From an uncultured Methanoregulaceae archaeon (GTDB lineage: Archaea > Halobacteriota > Methanomicrobia > Methanomicrobiales > Methanospirillaceae), in the NCBI GenBank assembly GCA_963717525.1, contig OY970343.1, positions 1,504,001 to 1,568,000 on the forward strand: DNA of 64,000 nt, given 5' to 3'. This document shows, in pieces, positions 29,779 to 39,417 of this stretch; the stretch's first letter is position 1, and every line of letters starts with the position of its first letter. The position numbers were made by a program, and so were the translations under genes. The notes beneath the pieces were generated by a model. The model was not told where the DNA came from and ran no database searches. It worked only from the letters and a program-made list of their open reading frames with translations.

Positions 29779-30249
29779 ATGACCGAAGCCACGTTCCCCC
29801 AGTGCAGGATTGTCACTGCACGGCTGCTTAACCCCGAGACGACAGAGCGCCTGCTGAACAAAGTTGTCAGCGTCGCAGGAGTACGGCGGATGGTTCTTAA
29901 CGGACCCCGCCTTCCCGCAACAATTACCTACGGACCCGCCAAAGGACTCGCCAATCCCCATGTGATGAGGAAGGCGATCCACGTCGGCGACCAGGAAGTG
30001 GACCTGCAGGTTCATGTAGGCACTGTCGTGCTCGAACTCGAGAGCCGTGATGTGATCCCCGTACTGAAGGCCGCGATCGAACCGGTTTTTACCGACTTTT
30101 CTTTCTATATCCAGGAAGGCAGGTATATGAAGACCGAGCCATCGCTTGTTGATTATTGCAAGTATGGCCCGAACGCGGACAAATCGATGCTCGGACTGGC
30201 TGATCCAAGCAGCAAGTCCAGACCCGTAATCATCCAGGGAAATAAATAA
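29779..30249 (+). CDS. mcrD: Mcr operon protein D
   Basis: PQCRI...RLLNPETTERLL, GPRLP.TITYGPAKG, PSLVDY.KYG. Confidence 0.95.
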   Translation: MTEATFPQCRIVTARLLNPETTERLLNKVVSVAGVRRMVLNGPRLPATITYGPAKGLANPHVMRKAIHVGDQEVDLQVHVGTVVLELESRDVIPVLKAAIEPVFTDFSFYIQEGRYMKTEPSLVDYCKYGPNADKSMLGLADPSSKSRPVIIQGNK

Positions 30250-30872
30250 TGCCGATAGGACGAGTAACCCAGGTTGTTGACTGCCGCGAGGCGATGGGCA
30301 TGGGTAAAGGAGGCGGGATTGCCCAGAGGGGCACCATCTCCGAATGCCGGTACCCGGACGTGATCGTGGTCGGAATGTCACCAGGACGCCGCCACGTCAC
30401 AAAGCCGGTGTGCGACATCACCTCGGGGCTGCGACAACAGGGCGTCGAATACAGCATCAGTACTCTTGTATTGAACGCCGGCAGCGGCGTCCCCCCGGAC
30501 GCCCCCAATATTGCCGGCGGCGTCATCGGCGCCTATTTCGGGCTTACTGACAAGGAGGTTGCGCAGATTGAGAGACACAAGGTCGCCATACTTCACCATG
30601 GGAATGTCCGATCCCATGTGGTGCACAAGGTCCGGTTTATTCTCCAGGCCTGTGACGTGAAGGCAGTTGTCGTCTCCCAGTCCCCGATTGATTATGAGGA
30701 TCTCGCAAAGGAGGGAGTGAAGACTGCGTTCGTGATGCCCCCGGCCGACAAGATCCGTACGAAAGGTACGGTGATGGCGATCGTGAACGGCGTGACCCGT
30801 GGTCAGACCCCCACGCGCGAGAAGATGGCGGAAGTCATTTCATCAGTGATGAGAATCGTGAAAAAAAAGTAA
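30249..30872 (+). CDS. mcrC: Mcr operon protein C
   Basis: VDCREAMGMGKGGGIAQRGT, MSPGRRHVTKPVCDIT. Confidence 0.96.
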   Translation: MPIGRVTQVVDCREAMGMGKGGGIAQRGTISECRYPDVIVVGMSPGRRHVTKPVCDITSGLRQQGVEYSISTLVLNAGSGVPPDAPNIAGGVIGAYFGLTDKEVAQIERHKVAILHHGNVRSHVVHKVRFILQACDVKAVVVSQSPIDYEDLAKEGVKTAFVMPPADKIRTKGTVMAIVNGVTRGQTPTREKMAEVISSVMRIVKKK

Positions 30873-30890
30873 CATTGGAGTGATAAAACA

Positions 30891-31658
30891 ATGGCATACA
30901 AACCCCAGTTCGGTCCCGGCCAGACGCATATCGCCGAGAACAGGCGCAAGCAGATGGACCCGGACCACAAGCTGGAAAAGCTTCGCGATGTAACGGACAA
31001 GGACATCGTCCTCGTCATGGGACACCGTGCACCCGGCTCCGCATACAAGAGTGCACACCCGCCGCTCGCCGAGCAGCAGGAACCAGCCTGCCCGATCCGC
31101 AAGCTCGTGACCCCGACCGACGGCGCAAAGGCCGGCGACCGCGTCCGCTACATCCAGTTTACCGACTCGATGTACAATGCCCCCTGCCAGCCCTACCAGA
31201 GAAGCTACCTCGAGGCATACCGCTTCCGCGGCATTGACCCGGGTACGCTGTCAGGCCGTCAGATCATCGAATGCCGTGAGAGAGATCTCGAAAAGTATGC
31301 AAAGGAACTCGTCAACACCGAGCTCTTCGATGCAGCACTCACCGGCATCCGCGGCTGTACCGTGCATGGACACTCCCTCCGTCTCGACGAGAACGGGATG
31401 ATGTTCGATATGCTCCAGCGCTTTGTCATCGACAAGAAGTCGGGCATGATCAAGTACGTCAAGGACCAGGTCGGCGTTCCCCTCGACTCCGAAGTCAAGG
31501 TAGGAAAAGCAGCTGACGAGAAGTGGCTCAAGGCGCACACCACCATGTTCCACTCCGTAGCAGGGACCGGATTCCGCGATGACGCAGAATACGTAGAATA
31601 TATCCAGCGCATTCACACGCTGAGGACCAAATACGGCTTCATGCCCAAGGAGGCGTAA
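30891..31658 (+). CDS. mcrG: Methyl-coenzyme M reductase gamma subunit
   Basis: [60 protein letters not shown]. Confidence 0.97.
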   Translation: MAYKPQFGPGQTHIAENRRKQMDPDHKLEKLRDVTDKDIVLVMGHRAPGSAYKSAHPPLAEQQEPACPIRKLVTPTDGAKAGDRVRYIQFTDSMYNAPCQPYQRSYLEAYRFRGIDPGTLSGRQIIECRERDLEKYAKELVNTELFDAALTGIRGCTVHGHSLRLDENGMMFDMLQRFVIDKKSGMIKYVKDQVGVPLDSEVKVGKAADEKWLKAHTTMFHSVAGTGFRDDAEYVEYIQRIHTLRTKYGFMPKEA

Positions 31659-31660
31659 TC

Positions 31661-33347
31661 ATGGCAAAGGCAAAAATCGAAAGGACCCAGAAGCTCTTCC
31701 TGAAGGCAATGAAGGAGAAGTTCGGTGCAGACCCGGAGGCAATGTCCACCGTATTCGAGCGCAAGGGTCTCGAGCAGTCCGCACGTAAAGTCGAGTTCAT
31801 GAAGGCCGGCAAGAAGGCCGAGATGGAACGCGGCATCTCCATGTACGACCCCAAGCGCTGCCACTGCGGCGGTATCCCGCTCGGCCAGCGCCAGCTGACA
31901 CCCTATGAAGTCAGCACCACGGGCGTATTCGTCGAAGGCGACGACCTGCACTTCGTGAACAACGCTGCGATGCAGCAGATGTGGGACGACATCCGCAGGA
32001 CGATCATCGTCGGCCTCGACCTCGCCCACGGCACTCTCCAGAAGCGTCTCGGCAAGGAAGTTACTCCTGAAACCATCAACGAGTACCTCCACGTGCTGAA
32101 CCACGCAATGCCCGGCGCAGCCGTCGTTCAGGAACACATGGTTGAGACCCACCCGGGACTCGTGGACGACTGTTACGTCAAGGTCTTCACGGGCGACGAC
32201 GAGATGGCAGACGACCTCGAACCCCAGTTCGTCCTGGACCTCGACAAGCTCTTCCCGGCCAAGATGGCCGCACAGACTGAAGGCCGCAGTCGGCAAGTCG
32301 ATGTGGCAGGCAGTGCACATCCCCACAACCGTCAGCAGGACCTGCGATGGCGGAACCACCTCCCGGTGGTCTGCAATGCAGATCGGTATGTCCTTCATCG
32401 GCGCATACAAGATGTGCGCAGGCGAAGCAGCAGTCGCTGACCTCGCATTCGCCGCAAAGCACGCCGGTGTCATCCAGATGGCAGACATCCTGCCCGCCCG
32501 CCGTGCACGTGGCCCGAACGAGCCAGGTGGCATCAAGTTCGGACACTTCTGCGACATGATCCAGGCAGACCGCAAGTACCCCAACGACCCCGTCAGGGCA
32601 TCCCTTGAAGTCGTCGCTGCCGGTGCAATGCTCTTCGACCAGATCTGGCTCGGCAGCTACATGTCCGGTGGTGTCGGGTTCACCCAGTATGCAACCGCTG
32701 CATACACCGACAACATCCTTGACGACTACACCAGCTACGGTGTGGACTACGTCAAGAAGAAACACGGTGCCCTCGGCAAGGTAAAGGCGACCCAGGACGT
32801 CGTCAACGACATTGCAACCGAGGTCAACCTCTACGGTATGGAACAGTATGAGGAGTACCCGACTGCACTCGAGAGCCACTTCGGTGGTTCACAGCGTGCG
32901 TCCGTCCTTGCCGCAGCATCAGGTCTCTCCGTTTCACTGGCAACCGCCAACTCCAACGCCGGCCTGAACGGCTGGTACCTGTCCATGCTCATGCACAAGG
33001 AAGGCTGGTCACGTCTCGGCTTCTTCGGCTACGACCTGCAGGACCAGTGCGGTTCCGCAAACTCCATGTCGATCCGCCCCGACGAGGGACTGGTTGGCGA
33101 GCTCCGCGGACCGAACTACCCGAACTATGCAATGAACGTCGGACACCAGGGAGAATATGCAGCCATTGCCGGCGCCGCCCACATTGCACGCGGCGATGCA
33201 TGGACCCTGTCCCCGCTCATGAAGATCACGTTCGCAGACCCGTCGCTCAAGTTCGACTTCTCAGAAGTCCGCCGCGAGTTTGCCAAGGGTGCAATCCGCG
33301 AGTTCATGCCCGCTGGCGAGCGCTCACTGATCATCCCCTCAAGGTAA
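31661..33347 (+). CDS. mcrA: Methyl-coenzyme M reductase alpha subunit; apparent +1 frameshift at 32276
   Basis: [18 protein letters not shown], then [52 protein letters not shown]. Confidence 0.98.
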
Positions 33348-33368
33348 GCACAATCGTCCCCAACCAAA

Positions 33369-33383
33369 TTTTTTTTCTTTTTT
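33369..33383 (+). terminator. Oligo-T terminator of the mcr operon
   Basis: TTTTTTTTCTTTTTT about 20 nt after the mcrA stop. Confidence 0.65.
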
Positions 33384-33493
33384 GCGCGTGTTCCCTGCCC
33401 CGAAGATATCTCCCGTACCGGGAGGCCTGTCCGACGAGGCATGAGCGAAGCCGGGGTCTTCGCTGTCAGGACGGAATACTTTATATGATTTAT

Positions 33494-33510
33494 GCGCATA
33501 TGAGTAATTA
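33494..33510. promoter_or_regulatory. Candidate operator, copy 1 (GCGCATATGAGTAATTA)
   Basis: 15 of 17 identical to 34602-34618; CATATG palindromic core; lies between a TTTATA box and ATG 33537. Confidence 0.6.
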
Positions 33511-33536
33511 TAACACAACAACTACGTCGTGAGTCA

Positions 33537-33776
33537 ATGCCAGAACCAACAAAAACCCCAGCCACTACCAATGAATCAGCATCCCCCGCCCGACGCGGGT
33601 GTATTGATGAACATACCTGCGCCTGCGGCGAGAAACACGAAGAGCACGAAGCCGGGGTCAGCCACCGGGAATCCTGCACGTCTCCCTTAAAATTTGGAAA
33701 TACCTGCTGCTGCCAGTCCGAGGATGATGCCAGAAACGCACGCCCTCCCTGCGGGCATGGGCCGCGCTGTCATTAA
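33537..33776 (+). CDS. Small Cys/His-rich peptide (metallothionein-like or radical SAM substrate)
   Basis: 79 aa with GCIDEHTCACGEKHEEH, GNTCCCQ and PPCGHGPRCH; has its own promoter-like region. Confidence 0.65.
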   Translation: MPEPTKTPATTNESASPARRGCIDEHTCACGEKHEEHEAGVSHRESCTSPLKFGNTCCCQSEDDARNARPPCGHGPRCH

Positions 33777-33804
33777 AACACCCTTTTTGCACCAGGTTAT
33801 CCCC

Positions 33805-34095
33805 ATGGAACGGCGAGAGCAATTGACCGGTTCTTTTCTGATCCCGGATCTGCTTGAACAGTATATGGACGAGCGGGGCTGTTCGGAGCGCTGGATTACC
33901 GTCCAGGAACTCCGGTCCTGTTTACCGCCGGGCAGCCCGTCAGGTCAGGCAATCTCCGGGTTTTTCGGCAGGAGCCACACCGGGGCCTTCCTGACCTGCC
34001 GGTACAAGGTAACACGGGTAAAAAAATTCCGGGACACATCCCCACCCTACCGGATCATCAAGCGGTATCTGGTGCAGGAACAGCCTGTTCACTAA
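33805..34095 (+). CDS. Small hypothetical protein, possibly winged-helix
   Basis: ORF fills the intergenic gap; WITVQELRS...QAISGFF...YKVTRV...RYLV pattern. Confidence 0.55.
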   Translation: MERREQLTGSFLIPDLLEQYMDERGCSERWITVQELRSCLPPGSPSGQAISGFFGRSHTGAFLTCRYKVTRVKKFRDTSPPYRIIKRYLVQEQPVH

Positions 34096-34189
34096 AACCA
34101 CCCACGTCAGGGGCAGGGGAAAGGTTCCCGGCTGTCCCGGTAAGTCTGTTATACTATTCCGGATACACTCTATCTGTGAGCATGCGATA

Positions 34190-34546
34190 ATGCCCGATGA
34201 GATTCCCACCCGGAATGAATGCCCCCGCAGGGGGAGGCCGCGTCTCAGGCGTATCATTACCAGCACGTCGGAATCGCGCTGTTACCAGCCCTGCTGCTGC
34301 CCGGAGCAGGACGGCACCGGGATCTCACTGCAGCCCGAGGAGATCGAGCTGATCCGGCTTATCGATCTTGAGGGGCTTGAACAGGAAGAAGCGGCGGAAA
34401 AACTGGGGGTCTCCCGGAAGACCGCATGGCGGGACCTGCACGAGGCCAGGCGCAAGATCGCCGACGCGCTGGTGAACGGTAAGGGTATCGAGATGGCAGG
34501 CTGCCAGAAAGCGGCAGAAGGCCGGTGCCCGAAGTGCCCCCGGTAA
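34190..34546 (+). CDS. DUF134 (UPF0251) HTH DNA-binding protein
   Basis: RGRPR..R.I, L.PEEIELIRLIDLEGLEQEEAAEKLGVSRKTAWRDLHEARRKIADALVNGK.I. Confidence 0.93.
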   Translation: MPDEIPTRNECPRRGRPRLRRIITSTSESRCYQPCCCPEQDGTGISLQPEEIELIRLIDLEGLEQEEAAEKLGVSRKTAWRDLHEARRKIADALVNGKGIEMAGCQKAAEGRCPKCPR

Positions 34547-34601
34547 TGCAGTCCCCCTTTTTTGAACGTTTCTGACCGTTCCGCCATCTTTTTATGGTTT
34601 C

Positions 34602-34618
34602 GCTCATATGGGTAATTA
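34602..34618. promoter_or_regulatory. Candidate operator, copy 2 (GCTCATATGGGTAATTA)
   Basis: Matches copy 1; lies between a TTTTTAT box and the DUF169 RBS. Confidence 0.6.
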
Positions 34619-34650
34619 CCCTTCAGAAACGAGGAGTACGAGGAACTGAT

Positions 34651-35367
34651 ATGAGTACCGATCAGACCAAAATAGCCGTGGACTATACCGAGGCCGCAGA
34701 AAAACTCAAAAAAATACTGAACCTGAAAGGATCGCCGGTCGCCATCAGGTTTGCGCCCACCAAAGTTGATATCCCGGCCGGGATGGTGGAACTCGACAAG
34801 ACCATCCGGCACTGTTCGATGGTGAACCTGGCCCGGACCGAGGGGAAGATCTTCTACGCTCCTGCCGATAAGCACGAATGCAACGGCGGTGCATGGTCGC
34901 TGGGGTTACGGGGGATTACGCCGACCTTAAAAAACGGCGAGTTCTATTTCAAACTGGGAAAATTCGACAGCGCCGCTGCCTGCAAGCGTACCATCGAGAG
35001 GATCCCGCACCTTGACACAGGAGAGACGTATGCGACACTCTATGCACCGCTCGAGAAGACGCCCTTTTCCCCGCAGGTCATCGTGATCGTGACAACGCCC
35101 CGCAACATGCTCAAGCTCGCCCAGAGCAGCCTCTTCCGGCTCGGCGGGAGGATCCATGCCGAGTTCTCGGGCATCCAGTCGGTCTGCGCGGACGCGACGG
35201 CGCAGACCTACCTCTCCGGCCAGGCGAACTTCTCGCTGGGCTGCGATGGTTCACGCAGGTTCTCCGGCATCGGGGACGACGAGATGGTGATGGGATTCCC
35301 GGCGGAGATGCTCCCGGAGATCATCGCTGCGTTATCCATCGTCATCGGTGCTGCGGGTTCAAAATAA
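34651..35367 (+). CDS. DUF169 family protein
   Basis: L.LKGSPVAI, RHCSMV..AR, HECNGGAWSLG, YAPLE, QSVCAD, SLGCDGSR, EMVMGFP. Confidence 0.85.
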   Translation: MSTDQTKIAVDYTEAAEKLKKILNLKGSPVAIRFAPTKVDIPAGMVELDKTIRHCSMVNLARTEGKIFYAPADKHECNGGAWSLGLRGITPTLKNGEFYFKLGKFDSAAACKRTIERIPHLDTGETYATLYAPLEKTPFSPQVIVIVTTPRNMLKLAQSSLFRLGGRIHAEFSGIQSVCADATAQTYLSGQANFSLGCDGSRRFSGIGDDEMVMGFPAEMLPEIIAALSIVIGAAGSK

Positions 35368-35538
35368 TCCTTAACCCCGGATACCTCCGGGCAGAAGAGC
35401 GCCGACGTGCCGGCGCCTCTATGGCAACCGGGGGATACACACGGGGCAGGGCCCTCACCCTTTTTACCAGGTACTCCCGCCGATCATGTGCGGGGGGCGT
35501 ATGAAAACCCTTATACTCTGACGAAGGGAAAAATCCTC

Positions 35539-36699
35539 ATGAAAAACCCGTTCCACGTCATGATCATCCCGACGCTGGGCTGCCCCTCGAAGTGCAAGTA
35601 CTGCTGGAGTTCCGAGGAGGGGTCGCCGGTCATGACCGTGGATACGCTCAAGGAGATCGTGGCATGGCTGGGCGATATCCCGAACGACCGGGTGACGTTC
35701 ACGTTCCACGGCGGGGAGCCGCTGCTTGCGGGGGCGGACTTTTACCGGCAGGCGCTGCCGCTCCTGACTGACGGGCTCGCCCGGATGCACCCGGAGTTTG
35801 CGATGCAGACGAACCTCTGGCGGATGACCCCGGAGATCGCGGACGTCCTTGCGGCCTACCACGTCCCCATCGGGTCGAGCATCGACGGGCCCGAGGCGAT
35901 CACCGATTCACAGCGGGGGGACGGGTATTACCAGAAGTGTATGCGGGGCTACGAGATCGCAAAGGCCCACGGCCTCGACGTGCGGTTCATCTGCACGTTC
36001 ACGAACAGGTCGGTGAAGAAAAAAGAGGAGATCTTCCGGTTCTTCCTTGAGAAGGACTTTACCCTGAAGCTGCACCCGGCGCTGCCATCGCTCCGGTCCG
36101 AGAACCCGAAGGAGTGGGCACTGGAACCGGCGGAGTACGGTGATCTCCTCATCTATCTCCTCGACGAGGCGCTCGGCCACATCGGTGAGATCGAGGTGAT
36201 GAACATCAACGATCTCTGCCGGTGCGTGTTCACCCGCCGGGGGAGCGTCTGCACGTACGTGGACTGCATGGGGAGTACCTTTGCGATCGGCCCTGACGGG
36301 TGCATCTATCCCTGCTACCGGTTTGTCGGGATGCCGGAGTACGTGATGGGGAATGTCAGGGACCACCCGACGATAGAAAACCTGATGGCGTCGCCGGCGG
36401 GAAAACTGATGCTCGCCTTCAAGGACTACGTGGATACGGCCTGCGGGAAATGTAAGCATATTAAGTACTGCCGTGGCGGGTGTCCCTACAACGCGATGGC
36501 GCCGACACCGGGGAAGATCGAGGGTGTCGACCCGCACTGCGTGGCCTATACCCGGATCTTCGACGAGATCGGCGACCGGCTCAACAAGGAGATGTTCGAC
36601 GCACCGCCGATGGAGATGGGCGGGTTCGGGATGCCTCGGCCGCAGAAGCCGGTAAAGCCCGGCGTCATGGCGCTGATGCGGAAGAACGCGATGCGGTAA
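35539..36699 (+). CDS. SPASM-domain radical SAM enzyme (methanogen putative peptide-modifying family, TIGR04083-like)
   Basis: FHVMIIPTLGCPSKCKYCW, FHGGEPLLAG, MQTNL, SIDGP, and SPASM C...G.IYPC...CGKC.....CRGGC...C. Confidence 0.92.
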   Translation: MKNPFHVMIIPTLGCPSKCKYCWSSEEGSPVMTVDTLKEIVAWLGDIPNDRVTFTFHGGEPLLAGADFYRQALPLLTDGLARMHPEFAMQTNLWRMTPEIADVLAAYHVPIGSSIDGPEAITDSQRGDGYYQKCMRGYEIAKAHGLDVRFICTFTNRSVKKKEEIFRFFLEKDFTLKLHPALPSLRSENPKEWALEPAEYGDLLIYLLDEALGHIGEIEVMNINDLCRCVFTRRGSVCTYVDCMGSTFAIGPDGCIYPCYRFVGMPEYVMGNVRDHPTIENLMASPAGKLMLAFKDYVDTACGKCKHIKYCRGGCPYNAMAPTPGKIEGVDPHCVAYTRIFDEIGDRLNKEMFDAPPMEMGGFGMPRPQKPVKPGVMALMRKNAMR

Positions 36700-36710
36700 A
36701 CACGAAAACT

Positions 36711-36778
36711 CCGGTAAAACCGGCGCTTTTTACCGGCGCTTTTGGGGGCTCGCGCCCCCGCCGCGTGGGCACCCCCAT
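36711..36778. repeat. REP-like hairpins plus a dispersed 22-23 bp repeat (second copy at 37879-37900)
   Basis: CCGGTAAAA-N8-TTTTACCGG; GGGGGC-tcgc-GCCCCC; CCCCGCCGCGTGGGCA(C/T)CCC(C)AT occurs twice. Confidence 0.6.
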
Positions 36779-36874
36779 GGAGCGAGAGCGGGAGCGAAAA
36801 AAATGCACCAATAAATAACAGGTTTCATGTATCCTCACACCTGATCCTGATCTGTAACCAAAGAACCTGAAACG

Positions 36875-37507
36875 ATGATCTCAATGAACACAATCCTGGT
36901 GGTGGACGATAGTCGTGATGTCGTAGATATATTTGTAAAGATGCTTGAAAAAGGAGGGTACGGTACCTTTGCTGCACACGGCGGTGAAGAATGCCTGGAG
37001 ATCTTAAAAGAGGTTGCTCCGGATCTTATCCTCCTCGATATTATGATGGAGCCGATGGATGGCTGGGAGACGCTGGAAAAGATCAAAAATAATGTGGCTA
37101 CCGTACCTATTCCGGTACTCATCCTTACCTCAAAACAACTGACTCCAGCCGAAATGGAGAAGTACGGTGACGATATTGAAGATTATGTCCTCAAGCCTGT
37201 TACCGACTTTGAGATGTATACTGCGATCGAGCATGTGTTCCACCGCAGGCAGACTATCCGGTCCGAGGTGGACCGGGCCATGAAGCGTGGGGTTGATTCC
37301 GGCGTTGTTAATGAATATGCCCTTCTCTTAAGAAGCGTCGATATTAACAAGCAATTCCTGAATATTTTCGAGACCAGGTATAATCTCAACAACTCGAACA
37401 TCCATTCCAGTGACAACATCTGCCAGGCGCTGAAAAAACTGGATGCTACGATCAGGGTTCAGAAGACCCGCCTCCAGGAGATCGAAGGAAAGATCAGGAT
37501 ACCATAA
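36875..37507 (+). CDS. Response regulator (receiver domain plus helical C-terminus)
   Basis: ILVVDD, PDLILLDIMMEPMDGWETL, ILTSK, DYVLKP. Confidence 0.92.
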   Translation: MISMNTILVVDDSRDVVDIFVKMLEKGGYGTFAAHGGEECLEILKEVAPDLILLDIMMEPMDGWETLEKIKNNVATVPIPVLILTSKQLTPAEMEKYGDDIEDYVLKPVTDFEMYTAIEHVFHRRQTIRSEVDRAMKRGVDSGVVNEYALLLRSVDINKQFLNIFETRYNLNNSNIHSSDNICQALKKLDATIRVQKTRLQEIEGKIRIP

Positions 37508-37612
37508 CAGGGTTCTTCTCCTTTCGCACGCTCGTGCTTTTTGCATTTTACCAGGAGATAATCACCCGGAATCACTTCTCCCGGGATAAAAACGAAAAAA
37601 AATGAGGGGGAG

Positions 37613-37723
37613 TTACGCGCTCTTCGCGCTAGTGTTCTTGTCATTTGCAGCGGCCTTCGCGTTTGCCGATGCCTTCTTCGCGGCTGCGACTGCTTTGGTT
37701 ATCTTCACTGACGTAGTAATCAC
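37613..37723 (-). CDS. 36-aa Lys/Ala-rich peptide, absent from the ORF track
   Basis: AAGGAA-GTG start, MITTSVKITKAVAAAKKASANAKAAANDKNTSAKSA*, followed by a T8 tract. Confidence 0.55.
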   Translation of the reverse strand: MITTSVKITKAVAAAKKASANAKAAANDKNTSAKSA

Positions 37724-37985
37724 TTCCTTTTCGTTGATTGTGGTTTATGCCACGTAGTAGTACTCTCTTTATGCCGGGATATACGCCTTCTTATGATTCG
37801 GGGATTCTAACGGTTTTACGCGGAGATTTTCGCAACCGGAGCGCGGATAGCGCAGCGGCAGGATCTGAAAAAAAGATACCCCGCCGCGTGGGCATCCCAT
37901 TGAAGCGATAGTTCTTCAGACGACAATACGCATACCAGACTACTATATAATAACAAAATGTTCAAATGAATCAATAGTTGATGAC

Positions 37986-38372
37986 ATGAAGTGGAACACG
38001 TGGAAAGGCTGGGCGATAGCCGGAGTACTTCTCGGTCGTCTGCTTCTCCTTGTCTTAGCCCTCTTTTCACTCCAGACCAATCCTCCCTGCCAGTGCGATC
38101 CTGCCTATCTGTGCTGTGGTGCTGATAAATTTGGAGCGGCAATCGGAATTCTCTGGATCGTTTATTTTATTGCGATGCTGGGATTTCTCATCCTGAATTT
38201 TGTACCGACAGTGATAATGCTGGGAATAAACGGGATCGTGCCGTCCCTGAAAATTGATCAAAATGTCCTTGGCATTTCCGTCCTGTTCTGGGACAGTATT
38301 CTATTTGCCATTTTATTTCATCTCCGGGAACAGCATGTCAGGGCAAAAAGAAGGCAGAATAAGGCTTCGTAA
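37986..38372 (+). CDS. Hypothetical membrane protein
   Basis: About three hydrophobic helices, a CQCDPAYLCCG loop and a basic C-terminus; preceded by a TATATAA box. Confidence 0.65.
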   Translation: MKWNTWKGWAIAGVLLGRLLLLVLALFSLQTNPPCQCDPAYLCCGADKFGAAIGILWIVYFIAMLGFLILNFVPTVIMLGINGIVPSLKIDQNVLGISVLFWDSILFAILFHLREQHVRAKRRQNKAS

Positions 38373-38400
38373 CCCCTGCGGGCAGACCTCCCCCCGCCTT

Positions 38401-38787
38401 TCACTTCTTTTCCGGCATCAGAAGGCCGAACAGGTTCCCCTCGGTATCGAGGATCATCGCGGTCAGTCCCACACCCGGGATCACAGTGATGGGCAGTGTA
38501 ATCTTCCCACCCAGCTTCTCCACCTTCAGGACCACGGCATCGATATCTTCCACCTGCACGAAATCCAGGATCGGCTCCTGCAGGTGCCGCTTGTACATCC
38601 CGCCGGTGTTCAGCGTGCCAGCCGCAGCCGGCCCGGTGGTGATCGCGTGGTACTGCATCGCTGCCATCCCCCCGGGATCGGGCGTGGGGACGACCGGCTC
38701 GATCGTCCAGCCGAGGAGCGCGGAGTAGAAGCGCCGTGCCCGGTCCACATCATCGGCAGGGATCATGAAGTGCGAAAGGTTTGGCAT
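38401..38787 (-). CDS. VOC/glyoxalase family protein
   Basis: HF.IPADDVDRARRFY..LLGW, VEDIDA....VEKLGG, IPGVG.....DTEGN.FGL. Confidence 0.92.
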   Translation of the reverse strand: MPNLSHFMIPADDVDRARRFYSALLGWTIEPVVPTPDPGGMAAMQYHAITTGPAAAGTLNTGGMYKRHLQEPILDFVQVEDIDAVVLKVEKLGGKITLPITVIPGVGLTAMILDTEGNLFGLLMPEKK

Positions 38788-38882
38788 GAGAAGAGGTAGA
38801 GCCGTTGCGGTATTTAGCGGTAAGGATACGGACCGGCAATAACGGAACCGGGGTGGGGGTGACGGGTGGTGTGGAGGGAGGA

Positions 38883-39184
38883 GGGGGAGGGGGGGGTCCC
38901 CCATACCCCCCCTGCCTTCTTTTTTTTAAGTGGGGGGTACCCTCCCCCCCATGTGCCGGCCCAACAGGGGGGTACCCCCCTCCCCCCTCATGACCCGGCC
39001 AGACGATCCGCCAAAATCCCGGAAAACCCCACAGACCCCTCCATTCACGGCAGCAATTCCACGCGAACCACAGGATCAGGCCATGCAGAAAAAGGCGCCG
39101 GATGCGGACAAGGGGGGGAGGGGGGTCCCCCATACCCCCCCTCCCTTCTTTTTTTCAAGTGGGGGGTACCCTCCCCCCCATGTG
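38883..39184. repeat. Two direct copies of a ~72-bp G/C-tract element plus one partial copy
   Basis: GGGGGAGGGGGG(GG)TCCCCCATACCCCCCCT.CCTTCTTTTTTT.AAGTGGGGGGTACCCTCCCCCCCATGTG at about 38883-38955 and 39114-39184; partial copy at about 38967-38992. Confidence 0.9.
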
Positions 39185-39417
39185 GCTGAGAGGGTGGGGG
39201 GCCCTCCTCCACTAATGTATGCGGATTCTCAAAAGGCACGTTGCATTACATGAAGAAGAACGCCGAGGGAGATCAACCGTTTACGTTCAATAAGCATGTC
39301 AAGGAGCGATTGGATCAATGGGACAAGTGTGTAAAAACAGAGAGCAGATAATGGAAAGAAAATTCTATGCTATAAAAATCAAATAAAATTTTACCAATTA
39401 TCTTTTTGATTTTGGAT

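Noticed and set aside
28449..33347. mcrB and mcrA as pseudogenes or programmed frameshifts
   Set aside because: These are essential genes with otherwise intact motifs. The same single-base insertion pattern affects ten unrelated genes with no shared slippery site, which points to sequencing error.
38883..39184. CRISPR array
   Set aside because: Only two long low-complexity copies about 230 nt apart, no regular spacers and no cas genes.
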